Notes: generated by a model not told the origin, from the letters alone. Positions 1-9,684 are shown, counted from the stretch's first letter. The stretch is 64,000 nucleotides of DNA from Nitrospina sp. (GCA_018697205.1 JABHTG010000138.1:23940-87939), one strand, 5' to 3'. Translations and numbers: made by a program.

Positions 1-630
1 AAAGTATTAAATTCAGAGACAAAAATAATTTCATTACGTCCGCAAAGCTTAAATGACATCTGGGAAGATGTGCGAAGGGTAGCTCATGAGTTAGATGTGA
101 TTTCAGCATATGAAACTTTTAAAGAGAATGTAGATCAGCGGATTAAATATATTTCAAATAAAATACTAAAAAACACATCAAATAAAAAGTCTGTTTTAAC
201 AATCGAATGGTTTGGGCCAGTTATGATTGGGGGTCTTTGGGTTCCCGAGATGATAGAAATTGCTGGAGGAAGTTATTTAATGGCAACACCAGGTGAGAAA
301 GCCCGCACAGTAACTCTAGAAAACTTAAAAACAATTAATCCTGATGTAGTTATTGTAAAACCCTGTGGGTACAAATTAGAGCAAACATTACAGGATTTAG
401 AGTTGATTGATAAGAATGTTCCACTTGAAAATTGGAAGGCCTATAAGAATAATAATATTTTTATAGTAGACGGTAATGCTTATTTTAATCGCCCAGGTCC
501 ACGTATTTTAGATTCTATTGAAATACTTTCTGGTTGTATGTATCCCGAGCTTTTTCCAGAATTGCTAGAGACATACCGTCATGCTTTAGTTAGATTAAGC
601 CAAGGACTCGTCGTATCTTCTATTAAGTAA
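1..630 (+). CDS. Periplasmic-binding-protein family (BtuF/cobalamin- or Fe-siderophore-binding-like), 5'-truncated
   Basis: Frame 1 is open from base 1 (KVLNSETKIISLRPQSLNDIWEDV...). Motifs EWxxP, WVPEMIEIAGG, PDVVIVKPCG and VDGNAYFNRPGPR are typical of this family. Confidence 0.8.
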   Translation, partial: KVLNSETKIISLRPQSLNDIWEDVRRVAHELDVISAYETFKENVDQRIKYISNKILKNTSNKKSVLTIEWFGPVMIGGLWVPEMIEIAGGSYLMATPGEKARTVTLENLKTINPDVVIVKPCGYKLEQTLQDLELIDKNVPLENWKAYKNNNIFIVDGNAYFNRPGPRILDSIEILSGCMYPELFPELLETYRHALVRLSQGLVVSSIK

Positions 631-687
631 GAAGATTTACTTTTGATTCAGTTGGTTACATAAAGTCATAGTGTTTTAATTAATGTC

Positions 688-1401
688 ATGAACGATTTAG
701 ATCCGTTTCCTTTAGAAAATTCGCTTAAAGTATCAAGTGAAAACTTTGATATTTCTAGTCAGTTTAAAAAAATATATGATTTGGGGAGTTTTTTTCAATC
801 CAAGCGGCACTGCTCAAAAGCTTTAATTTATGCTAAGCAGGCATTAGATCTCTCAAATAAAAAATCTAATTTTACGGACCATTTTATAGCTTTGGTTAAT
901 ATGGGCTGTGTATATTGGGAAATGTCGAAGTTAAAAAAATCTTTAATGTTTTATGGGGACGCCTTATCAATTAGTGAACAACTAAATGATAAAGAGGCGC
1001 TAGGTAAGTTGTGCGCTATTATGGGAATTGCATATTGGAGAATGGGGGATTGGCCCGTAGCAATGAACTGGTTTGAAAAGGCTTTAGAAAAATTTCCAGA
1101 AAATGAAATGAGAACTATTATGAATCAAACTTCTAGCGCTTTCCAGTATGAAGGATTAACAGTTATAATGGAACGATGAATTGAAATATTAAAAAATAGA
1201 ATTTCAATAGCAAAAAGCCAAAATAATCTAGAACGAATTTTATTGCCTATTTTTTCGATGTTACCGTTAGTATTTTTTTCGGGAAGAAAACAATTAATTC
1301 CTCAATTGCTTGAAACAATTATTCCATTAGCCCGAAAACTAAAAAATGAAAATGTTCTTGATTTGATTCCAAGATTGAAAAAAATAATGAGTATGGAATA
1401 G
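688..1401 (+). pseudogene. TPR protein interrupted by an in-frame TGA at 1177-1179 (pseudogene, sequence error or readthrough)
   Basis: TPR-like helices (ALVNMGCVYWEM, AIMGIAYWRMGDW). The same frame stays open for 73 more codons to TAG at 1399-1401. Confidence 0.6.
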
Positions 1402-1407
1402 GTATTC

Positions 1408-2256
1408 TTATGGACGAGCTTTGCATTCATGCGCGTCGTCTGAAATCCATATTATTTCAAGATATTCAGGGACTTTGGTCTTTTCGTCAATGATCGCCAT
1501 AGTGACTTCTTCAGGTGAAAGGTTGGTCACATTCCTAAGGTCTACGCCCGTCAACTTAGTTTCCGATAGAATTGCATCTTTAAAGTTAGCGCCCTCTAAA
1601 ATAGATTTTCGAAGGTTAGCTTCGCTTAAATTAGCGCCTGTTAAATTAGAACCACTCAGATTAGCTCTTCTTAAATCAGTTTCAATTAAATTAGCATTAG
1701 ATAGATTGGCTTCTCGAAAGTTTGTATCAGCTAGATCCGCACCATGACAATCAGCCGAGGTCAAGTCAGCACTCTTTAGAATACATCGGGTCAAATTAGC
1801 ACCTCGGCTAAAATAGCCTTCACGAGTGTAACGGCCTACTAGCTTTGCTTCTTTAAGATTAGCTTTTGTGAGATCAGAATCAATTAAATTTGCTTCAACT
1901 AATGAGCACCGGCTTAGATTAGCACTGGTTAAATTAGCATTCGATAGGTTGGCACCCATCAAGTCGGATTCCGTAAAATTGGCATCTGTAAGCTTAGCTT
2001 TAAAAAATATTGTTTTGAAAAGTTTTGCCGAACTAAAATTAGCACAACTTAGGTCTGATTTCGTGAAATCAGCGGAATCAAGTTTGGCTGAGGTAAAGTT
2101 AGCTCTTTTTAAGCTGGCCTCTCTAAAATTTGTTGATATAAGGTTTCCAAAACTAAAATCTATTTCATCAAGATTTGCACAATTTAGATCTATAGAGCTT
2201 AATTTTTTTTTAGATTTTTGCAGCATAAGCAAATCGTTCTTATCAATATTTTCCAT
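1408..2256 (-). CDS. Pentapeptide repeat protein
   Basis: Continuous A(N/D)LxX repeats plus a C-terminal cap. Confidence 0.9.
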   Translation of the reverse strand: MENIDKNDLLMLQKSKKKLSSIDLNCANLDEIDFSFGNLISTNFREASLKRANFTSAKLDSADFTKSDLSCANFSSAKLFKTIFFKAKLTDANFTESDLMGANLSNANLTSANLSRCSLVEANLIDSDLTKANLKEAKLVGRYTREGYFSRGANLTRCILKSADLTSADCHGADLADTNFREANLSNANLIETDLRRANLSGSNLTGANLSEANLRKSILEGANFKDAILSETKLTGVDLRNVTNLSPEEVTMAIIDEKTKVPEYLEIIWISDDAHECKARP

Positions 2257-2375
2257 GAATAGACTTTCCTTATTCTATAAATCGGTAGTTATTTTAATAT
2301 AAGTTTATTAATTAAGTGCTAATTTTAATGCTAAATATGCTTAGTTTTTGTATTAACCTTTTTATATGGTGGATG

Positions 2376-2834
2376 CTACATATTATTTTGGGAGGCTTGA
2401 ATGAAAAGGCGTCCTATCTCTTCCATTCGACTTTTATTAACTCCCATGTCAGAATAGCCAACACGAGAAGCAGAACGAAAATGTATAACCCCAAGTTCGT
2501 CAAAATAGAACTCGACATCATCAACGAATCGAAATACTTTTGAAGTAAATTCGACATGAAGAAATTTATCTGTATTTGTTAATAACTGAGTTCTTGGCAT
2601 TTTCTCTAAAATTGTTAGTATCCTTTTTTTTGCATCTAACTGAGTTCCTTGATATTTAAGTGGTGGGATTCTACTTTGACTATGGGAACTCTTTGAAGAT
2701 ATGCAGTTGGGTTTGTCCGGGCACTTTGAAAATTGCCCAATTGTTAGTGGTTTAGTACCAGAACAGCCACTTACAAAAATAAATATAAGTAAAATTAAAA
2801 TATTATGTGGTATTAATTTTTTTATTAGTTGCAT
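2376..2834 (-). CDS. DUF1499-family lipoprotein
   Basis: Lipobox VSGC; motifs CPDKPNCISS, FRFVDDVEF and RSASRVGYSDMGVN. Confidence 0.85.
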   Translation of the reverse strand: MQLIKKLIPHNILILLIFIFVSGCSGTKPLTIGQFSKCPDKPNCISSKSSHSQSRIPPLKYQGTQLDAKKRILTILEKMPRTQLLTNTDKFLHVEFTSKVFRFVDDVEFYFDELGVIHFRSASRVGYSDMGVNKSRMEEIGRLFIQASQNNM

Positions 2835-3088
2835 TTTTAAACGGTCAGTTACTTTCTTGCCTAAATTATAGAACTTTCAAGATAAAATGGACTTTTATTA
2901 GTGCTTGTTCACTTTAGATAAATTTTTATGCTAGGTATTTCATTTCTTAATTGGTCATGAAAAGTAATAGTATTTTATGCTAGTTTAGCTTGATAAACAA
3001 TGCAAGTGGCTAGTGAATTCTAATTATCTTACGAAAATTAAATTAGTTACATTATCGTATTTTATTAATTTATAGGGTCTTGAAATAA

Positions 3089-3286
3089 ATGGCTATTACA
3101 CGTGTATGGATTGAGGAAGGCTGCATTTCATGCGGGATGTCCGAGAGGAATTGCCCAGAAGTTTTTAAAGTTAAGAATGAAGGTGCCACAGTTCTAGAAG
3201 GGATAAATTATTTAGGATTAGAGGAAAAAATAAAGGACGCTGCTAACGCATGTCCTGTTCAAGTTATCCTGTATGATGAGACTTGA
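3089..3286 (+). CDS. Small single-cluster ferredoxin (atypical Cys motif)
   Basis: CISCGMSERNCPEVF ... AANACPVQVI. Confidence 0.85.
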   Translation: MAITRVWIEEGCISCGMSERNCPEVFKVKNEGATVLEGINYLGLEEKIKDAANACPVQVILYDET

Positions 3287-3436
3287 AAGTTCCTACAGTC
3301 CGATGTGTATTTTTAAAATTCTGTAACATGCTTTGTCGAGATTTATAGTGATAAGTTACTTCTGTAAATTCCCGGCTAGGCTATGTATAAGATCGTGAAT
3401 TGTTTTAGTTCTTTAATATAAAGAGGAGGTGTAGCA

Positions 3437-3628
3437 ATGGCTAAAGAAATATTAAAAGAAGAACTTTCACCCGATGCAAAAGATTCAATGGGTAACCCAG
3501 TGGGGTATAGCCATAAAAGGTCCCATGTCCCAGATGGTAGAGATAAACCATTCCCAGCCTTTAATGAGGGTGAAAATAGATTGAAAGATAATATTTCAGA
3601 AAGAAGAAAAAAAGAAAACAAAAACTAA
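3437..3628 (+). CDS. Hypothetical small hydrophilic protein
   Basis: Strong RBS GAGGAGGT before the ATG; 63 aa. Confidence 0.65.
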   Translation: MAKEILKEELSPDAKDSMGNPVGYSHKRSHVPDGRDKPFPAFNEGENRLKDNISERRKKENKN

Positions 3629-3727
3629 TATTTTTTTTCTCTATATCCAAATATTTAAATGTCTATTGAAATAGTCTTCAAATTAGTAATATTTTTTTGC
3701 AGATAAGTTAGTTTATAGTAATCAAAC

Positions 3728-3745
3728 AACTATCTTTAGATAGTT
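3728..3745. terminator. Short inverted repeat between convergent genes (possible terminator)
   Basis: AACTATCT-TT-AGATAGTT; weak and AT-rich. Confidence 0.3.
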
Positions 3746-3764
3746 TGAAACATTCACTTTTGGG

Positions 3765-4046
3765 CTACTTTTTAGGCTTTTGATCTGATTTTTGAGTAAA
3801 TTTAAATTTCATCAGCAAGATAGATCCCGCCAAAAGTAGTGTCCCGAAATTCCAAAAAATAACTGGTTTAGCGCTAATTAGAAATCCATAAATCGTCCAA
3901 CATGCTATTCCAGCACACCAAATTAAAAGCATGGCTAGAGAAAAGTCATCCGCCGATTTTCTTCTCCACATTTTTATTACTTGAGGTACAAGCGAGACCG
4001 TCGTTAAAAAACCAGCTAAATAACCGAAAAACAAAACCAAACTCAT
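3765..4046 (-). CDS. SemiSWEET/PQ-loop transporter
   Basis: AGFLTTVSLVPQVIK, SADDFS, W..YG and P.I.WN motifs; three TM helices. Confidence 0.85.
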   Translation of the reverse strand: MSLVLFFGYLAGFLTTVSLVPQVIKMWRRKSADDFSLAMLLIWCAGIACWTIYGFLISAKPVIFWNFGTLLLAGSILLMKFKFTQKSDQKPKK

Positions 4047-4087
4047 AAAGCGCTCCTATTTTTTAGATATTTATAGTTTGAATTTCA

Positions 4088-5005
4088 TTACAGGTTCTCA
4101 TTAATTTTTATTTTTAATTCACACATGAAGTCAACTTCAGAAATCCAGTGAACCTTTAAGTAGTTAGGTACTCTTGTTTCCCTATTAATTCTTGCTGATT
4201 GTATTTGATTGGAGGTTAGGTTTGTTGAGTAGCGTAATATAGCATTCTCGAGGTTGGCCCATTGTAAATCTGCATTCTTCATTATTGCAGATGAGAGATA
4301 AGCAAATGAAAGGTTGGCTTCTGAAAGAATGGCATTGCTAAGGTCAGCCATAAAAAGCCTTGATTCACGTAAGTCGGATTTACGTAAATCTGTTTTTCGG
4401 AGGTCAGCTTCGCTAAAGTCAACTCTACGGAGATCATGGTTGCTTAAGTCGACTTTTTTTAGATTAGCATTTTTGAAAGTACATCCGAGCAAAATTGCAT
4501 TATTAAACTTTGTGCCCTGGCAATTGGTTTTGTTAAGATTAGCGTTAGTTAAGTTTGATCCTGCAAAAAAAGCCTTAGAAAGGTCTGCGCCTTCCAGGTC
4601 TGCCCCATCTAAAATGGTATCTCTAAAGCAAGCGGTTCCCAGAATTGCTTCCTTTAGGTTGGTATTTTTAAGGTTAGCGCCAGTAAGGTCTGCATGTCTA
4701 AGATTTGCTCGACTTAAGTTGGCTCCTTGTAGATCGGCTTTTATCATGCTAACGCTAGATATATTGTTATTGTGGTCCTTAATCCCATTCATTTTTGCGC
4801 CACTTAGATTAGCGTCTCGTAAAATAGCTCTGTTAAAATTTGATTCTATAAGATAAGCCTCCCTTAAATTAGAACCTGTCAAATCTTTAGAGGTGAAATC
4901 AAAACCCTTAAGGTTAGTTTTCTTGAGATCAGCATTTCTCAGATTAGCGCTACTGATGTCATTTTTAAGAAGAAGAGAACGGCGCAGGTTAAGTTCACTT
5001 GTCAT
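4088..5005 (-). CDS. Pentapeptide repeat protein
   Basis: Long A(N/D)LxX array. Confidence 0.9.
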   Translation of the reverse strand: MTSELNLRRSLLLKNDISSANLRNADLKKTNLKGFDFTSKDLTGSNLREAYLIESNFNRAILRDANLSGAKMNGIKDHNNNISSVSMIKADLQGANLSRANLRHADLTGANLKNTNLKEAILGTACFRDTILDGADLEGADLSKAFFAGSNLTNANLNKTNCQGTKFNNAILLGCTFKNANLKKVDLSNHDLRRVDFSEADLRKTDLRKSDLRESRLFMADLSNAILSEANLSFAYLSSAIMKNADLQWANLENAILRYSTNLTSNQIQSARINRETRVPNYLKVHWISEVDFMCELKIKINENL

Positions 5006-5044
5006 AGTAAGTTTTTTTAAAGATTGCTTCGTACTAACATTCTT

Positions 5045-5350
5045 TTATGTTAAGGGGCCTTCTTCATCTAGTAGGTCGGGTACAGAACGAGGTATTTCAA
5101 CATCAAAAGAAACATTAGACCACTCTGAACAGTCTACTTGTTCTAAAAGTCTTTTATATAACTCTGAAGTACTCATTCCATCAGATGCGTGTTCTAATAA
5201 TTTGTTTTTTGAAATTTTAAGAAAACCGTGTTCAGTTCGCTCAACAGGAAAAAATATATTTTCATCCTCATCTATTCCGCCAGCTGTATCAATCATATTA
5301 ATTAACATTTTTATGTTAGGTGCGCTTTCAATACTCCATTTTGACGGCAT
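5045..5350 (-). CDS. Hypothetical acidic protein
   Basis: RBS AGGAGA before the ATG; co-oriented between the MFS and pentapeptide genes. Confidence 0.65.
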   Translation of the reverse strand: MPSKWSIESAPNIKMLINMIDTAGGIDEDENIFFPVERTEHGFLKISKNKLLEHASDGMSTSELYKRLLEQVDCSEWSNVSFDVEIPRSVPDLLDEEGPLT

Positions 5351-5377
5351 TTTTTTCTCCTAGAAAATAGTACTTAA

Positions 5378-6715
5378 TTACATTTTATGTTTGTAAGTTT
5401 CATTATTGTTTAGTGATCGGTGATCAATAAAAAGAAATAGGATCAGTGATATCGTTCCGATTATGGAAATATTTAGCATAATATAAAGAAATTGTTGCCA
5501 TCCATCAGTTTTATCTAAGATAGTACCGCCTAAAAACTCAAACACCATAGAAGCCAAGTATCCTGTAGCGTCAATAATTCCAACTAGAACACCACAGTAT
5601 TTACCTCCGAAATCTATTGAAAATACACTCATCGGGATTAAATAACATGGCGCAACTAATAAAGCATATATTGTTATTACTGATAGAGCTACCCAAAGCG
5701 TAGAATTTTCTTGTGCATTTGATTTTGGTAAAAATATTAGAATAACAATGCATCCGGTTGCCAAAATCATCATTCCGCCGAGTGTAAATACGCGTTTTTT
5801 CTTGGTAAGTTTATCAAAGATAAAGCCGCCTATGACTACAGAAAACATTGAACCCAATGCAAAAGTTGAAGATGCAATACCCGCTTTTCCCGGAGAAAGG
5901 TGAAAAATTTCTTTAAGGTATATGGGTAAAAAGTTTTGAAAAGTCATAAGAATTGTTAAACACATAATACTAAGACAAATTAACCAAAACCTAGAATTTT
6001 TAATAAAGTTGGTTAGAGCCTCACCTAGAGTTGCGTCATCAAGGTGGTGAGATTTTTTAGGATTGTCGCCGCCGTCATCTCCGTCGATAGATGGCAATTC
6101 TCGTAATCCAACATCAGTGGGGGATTGTTTTAAATAGAAGAATAATATAATAAAAAGTATTCCTGTTATAGGCAATGATGAGGCTACTACCCAACGCCAA
6201 GAAACTACTAATAGTAAACTTCCCATGAGAAGAGATGTGAAAAGTGAACTTGACATTGAGCTTGAAGCAAGAATACCCCAGATTCTTCCGCGCCAATTTT
6301 TTGAGAACCAGTTTCTGATGAGATTTGCCATGCAAGGCCAACCTGCAGACTTTGCAAGCATGGCAATAAAAAAGGCTATGGAGAAGAAAAAAACCTTAGA
6401 AATCACTCCAAATATTCCAGTCGCTAACATGCAAAGGCCAATAGAACCGAGAAATACTCGCCTCCCTCCAAATCTATCTGCTAATATTCCTGTTGTAAGC
6501 TTTCCGATAACTGTACCGGCCGTTCCCCACCCAAGAATAGCTCCCCACATGGTCTTATTAAGACCCAATTCTGGGTCATCAAGCATAGCAGGGCTCGATA
6601 TAACCACTGTTGTTCTGCATATATTTAATGCTGCATATGCACCGTAAATACATATAAGAAGCACCATTTCCCATGTAAAGTTTGGGTTACTTTTTAGCTT
6701 GGTAGTCCATTTCAT
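5378..6715 (-). CDS. MFS transporter, OPA (GlpT/UhpC-like) family
   Basis: About 12 TM segments; motif A GILADRFGGRR; GWP...NWF...RGR.WG. Confidence 0.85.
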   Translation of the reverse strand: MKWTTKLKSNPNFTWEMVLLICIYGAYAALNICRTTVVISSPAMLDDPELGLNKTMWGAILGWGTAGTVIGKLTTGILADRFGGRRVFLGSIGLCMLATGIFGVISKVFFFSIAFFIAMLAKSAGWPCMANLIRNWFSKNWRGRIWGILASSSMSSSLFTSLLMGSLLLVVSWRWVVASSLPITGILFIILFFYLKQSPTDVGLRELPSIDGDDGGDNPKKSHHLDDATLGEALTNFIKNSRFWLICLSIMCLTILMTFQNFLPIYLKEIFHLSPGKAGIASSTFALGSMFSVVIGGFIFDKLTKKKRVFTLGGMMILATGCIVILIFLPKSNAQENSTLWVALSVITIYALLVAPCYLIPMSVFSIDFGGKYCGVLVGIIDATGYLASMVFEFLGGTILDKTDGWQQFLYIMLNISIIGTISLILFLFIDHRSLNNNETYKHKM

Positions 6716-6820
6716 TGATTACTTTTAAGCTTATTTAATATTTTAGTTATATCTTATAGTATTAGGTTTTCTCATCTTAAGATGTTTCTCATTATTTGAA
6801 ATTAATGTTCACTAATAGTT

Positions 6821-7798
6821 TTATACCTTCCAAATTGAATCCACAAAATATTTTCGAGAGTCAAATAAATTAGTCACGACTTTGAATCCATTTTTAATGG
6901 CTAAAACTTCTATTTCTTCAAGTGTATATTTAAAAGATTGTTCGGTCTGTATAGTTTCCCAGGCTTTGAAGTGAAAGTCCTTTTTTAGAGATTTGATGTG
7001 AACGGTCTGGTTATGAATGCTATAAAGATAACTTTCGACAGAGTTAGTTAAAGGGTTGAAATGTCCTTGTTGTGTAAAGTAGTTCTTGTTGAAATTGGCG
7101 CCCAATTCTTGATTGATTCGATCGAGTAAATGAAGGTTGAATTTTTCAAAAAGTGGATTGTTGTAAGCAGAGTAAAGAAGTTTAGGATCTTTCATAAGGT
7201 CAAACCCTATAAGCAATGAATCTCCTGATTTAAGAGTTTGGCTTAGGCGTTTAAGAAAGGAGTTGGCCATATCTAGGTCCATATTATTTAGGCTAACTCC
7301 TAGAAAGAGGATGAGGTTTTGTCCCTTTTGCGTGATAGCATCCAGACCGTCAAAATAATCTCCAGTTAATCCAGTGACTTTTAGAGAAGTATTCGAGTGC
7401 CTATCTTCCAATAGCTTTACTAGATTAACAATAGCTCCACCCGATATATCGATGGGGAAGTAGTGAAAATCAATTTTCTTGTTGAGGAAATGTTCAATAA
7501 GAATCTGAGTTTTACGTCCATCGCCTGATCCTAGTTCTATTAGATTGAATTTGTCGCTACTGATAAGTTGTGAAATATATTCTTTATGGTTCTGTATAAT
7601 TTCAAACTCACTTGCTGCTGGAAGATAGCTTGATAGTGCTGTTATTTTTTTAAAAATCTCACTACCTTTGTTGTCAAAAATCAACCATGAGGGTAAAGTT
7701 TTTTTATTTAGAGAAAGTCCGTTATCTATAGCTTTAGAAAATTGTTCCTCTTGGGATGCTAAATATTTTTTAGATTTCAATTTTTTAGTGTTAAACAA
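6821..7798 (-). CDS. EgtD-like SAM-dependent amino-acid N-methyltransferase (Methyltransf_33)
   Basis: KTLPSW..D.KGSEIF..IT, IELGSGDGRKT, PIDIS, LIGFDLMKD, FN.HLL.RIN.ELGANF and TEQSFKY. Confidence 0.85.
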   Translation of the reverse strand: MFNTKKLKSKKYLASQEEQFSKAIDNGLSLNKKTLPSWLIFDNKGSEIFKKITALSSYLPAASEFEIIQNHKEYISQLISSDKFNLIELGSGDGRKTQILIEHFLNKKIDFHYFPIDISGGAIVNLVKLLEDRHSNTSLKVTGLTGDYFDGLDAITQKGQNLILFLGVSLNNMDLDMANSFLKRLSQTLKSGDSLLIGFDLMKDPKLLYSAYNNPLFEKFNLHLLDRINQELGANFNKNYFTQQGHFNPLTNSVESYLYSIHNQTVHIKSLKKDFHFKAWETIQTEQSFKYTLEEIEVLAIKNGFKVVTNLFDSRKYFVDSIWKV

Positions 7799-7989
7799 GT
7801 CAATACTCCTTTTTTTCTAGCTAATTTGACGTTTATACATATATTTTGTTATGGTAATAAATATATATAGTATTAATTTTTTTAGCCTATCTTTAAAGTT
7901 TGCGTTTGTTTTTCTGTTTTGCAGATTAATGATGGATGGTATTCAGGATATATTCGCCGTAGTTCTTCTAATACTCCTCTCAAAAAAAT

Positions 7990-9084
7990 ATGAATTTTTG
8001 TTCACAAAAAAACTCAATAATACTTGATTTTCCATATTATGACTTAGAGAAAGAGTTTTTAGATTTGCTGAACTCTGATTGCTTAGATCTGTTTATTGCT
8101 CAGAATCCAAAAAAAGTAGATAAATTTAACTCGGCATTGGAACTGTGTTTTTATAATGCTTTTGAAAATGACGATGGCTGCCCTCATGCGCATCTATTTT
8201 TACAGAGACTTCTTTATCGAATCAACCGTTTAAAACTTTTTTGGTATGACGGGTTAAAAAATTACTCTAATGAAGATTCTTCTTTTCTTTTTTCACTTAG
8301 GTTAAAAGTTGAAAATGCCTGGCAAAGCTGGGAAAAAAATAATTTTACCTATAAAAACTCAGGTGATCTTTTCAAAACTCTCCATGGACGAGTTAAAGAA
8401 GATTTGCAACCGGATCCTTCGTCAGATGGTTTGATCATTCGTAATAAAATTTCAAAAACGGAGTATCTTTATTTGCTTGCGGTTACTTCGATAGATGGTT
8501 TGGTCGAAGCAAGTCAACTTTCACGTATGCTAGGTGGTGTCGGGAACGAGGTGCAAACTATGCTCACTCGAATCTTATGGGAAGAGTATGGTAGTGGCAA
8601 GTTATCTAGGAAGCATTCGACTCATTTTGCAATTATGTTAGAAGAATGTGGTCTGGATCCTACTCCGGAAGCTTATTTTGAGATTGTTCCATGGGAAGTG
8701 TTGGCTAACTTTAACCATAGTTTTTTTCTTTCTGAGCGTAAGAAAAATTTTTTACGTTATATTGGTGGATTATTGTATACCGAAGTTTCAGTTCCTGCCG
8801 CTTTTCAGAATTTTAAATTGGCTGGTGAGCGCTTGGAATTGGGGATAAAAGGTATCAGTTATTGGAATGTTCACATCGCAGAGGATGTTCGCCATGGTCA
8901 ATGGATGCTGAACGATGTAGCTCTTCTTCTTGCTGAAAAGTACTCTGATGAAGGTTGGGACATTGTTCAAGGATATGACCAACAAAAGTTTATTAGTACC
9001 CGGTCTACCTCCGCTATAGTTGGATCTATTTTATCTGATGATTTTGATGAGCAAAAATTTAGTTCCGGTCTCCATTTATCCTAG
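7990..9084 (+). CDS. Heme-oxygenase-like diiron enzyme (iron-containing redox enzyme family)
   Basis: Diiron-ligand-type motifs EEYG...H, YTE and HIAEDVRH. Confidence 0.8.
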   Translation: MNFCSQKNSIILDFPYYDLEKEFLDLLNSDCLDLFIAQNPKKVDKFNSALELCFYNAFENDDGCPHAHLFLQRLLYRINRLKLFWYDGLKNYSNEDSSFLFSLRLKVENAWQSWEKNNFTYKNSGDLFKTLHGRVKEDLQPDPSSDGLIIRNKISKTEYLYLLAVTSIDGLVEASQLSRMLGGVGNEVQTMLTRILWEEYGSGKLSRKHSTHFAIMLEECGLDPTPEAYFEIVPWEVLANFNHSFFLSERKKNFLRYIGGLLYTEVSVPAAFQNFKLAGERLELGIKGISYWNVHIAEDVRHGQWMLNDVALLLAEKYSDEGWDIVQGYDQQKFISTRSTSAIVGSILSDDFDEQKFSSGLHLS

Positions 9085-9187
9085 TTTTGTAAATTTTTTC
9101 TATGTTGTTACTTTCTGCTAAAACTGGGAGGAGGATGCCACAGTACTTCCTAATGGGTATAGTTTTTAAAGGTGTTATAATGTTTTA

Positions 9188-9448
9188 ATGTTCTCCATTG
9201 ATGCTTTTAATACTTTTAGTACTGCCATTTTTGTATTTATTGTTATTTGTTTTGTTTGGGCTTTGATTTATAGCACGCACAAAATTGGATCATTGTATGT
9301 TGGCTCTTTGCTCAAAGGAATTATCCTAGTATTTATTGCTATTTGTCTCTACAAAATAATTATGGACGGTGCCGACCCAATGCTATTAGTTATTTCGGGA
9401 ATAGCGGTAATTGGTTTTTCTATTATTCCTAAACCACCTGCAGAATGA
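9188..9448 (+). CDS. Small membrane protein (about 3 TM)
   Basis: 86 aa, strongly hydrophobic. Confidence 0.6.
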   Translation: MFSIDAFNTFSTAIFVFIVICFVWALIYSTHKIGSLYVGSLLKGIILVFIAICLYKIIMDGADPMLLVISGIAVIGFSIIPKPPAE

Positions 9449-9546
9449 ACTAACTCTTGCGTCGTAAGTTTAGCTTTTTTTGGTCTCCCATCTACCTGCA
9501 ACGGAACAGCGTAAGAAGTGCTTTTTTATTTTAATATTCATTCCTC

Positions 9547-9684
9547 TCATTTTTTTACCAATAGAAATAATAAAGATAGAACCATAACTGTTAGAACAAT
9601 GGATAACGATTGAAGAACAAACCCCAAGATAAAGAAAAATACTGCAATTGTATAAAACCACGCTTCAATCCTGTCCCAGTCCAT
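9547..9684 (-). CDS. Small membrane protein, 45 aa (absent from the ORF track)
   Basis: MDWDRIEAWFYTIAVFFFILGFVLQSLSIVLTVMVLSLLFLLVKK; purine-rich AGAGAGATAGG upstream of the ATG. Confidence 0.55.
   Translation of the reverse strand: MDWDRIEAWFYTIAVFFFILGFVLQSLSIVLTVMVLSLLFLLVKK

Noticed and set aside
1421-5363. Long + strand ORFs 1421-1747, 1868-2302, 4314-4856 and 4893-5363 (also 25882-26076 on -)
   Set aside because: Antisense shadows of pentapeptide-repeat and neighbouring genes; their periodicity mirrors the real genes.
9470-9661. 63-aa minus-strand ORF from the track
   Set aside because: No RBS at its GTG start, and it overlaps the better-supported 45-aa ORF 9547-9684 in another frame.
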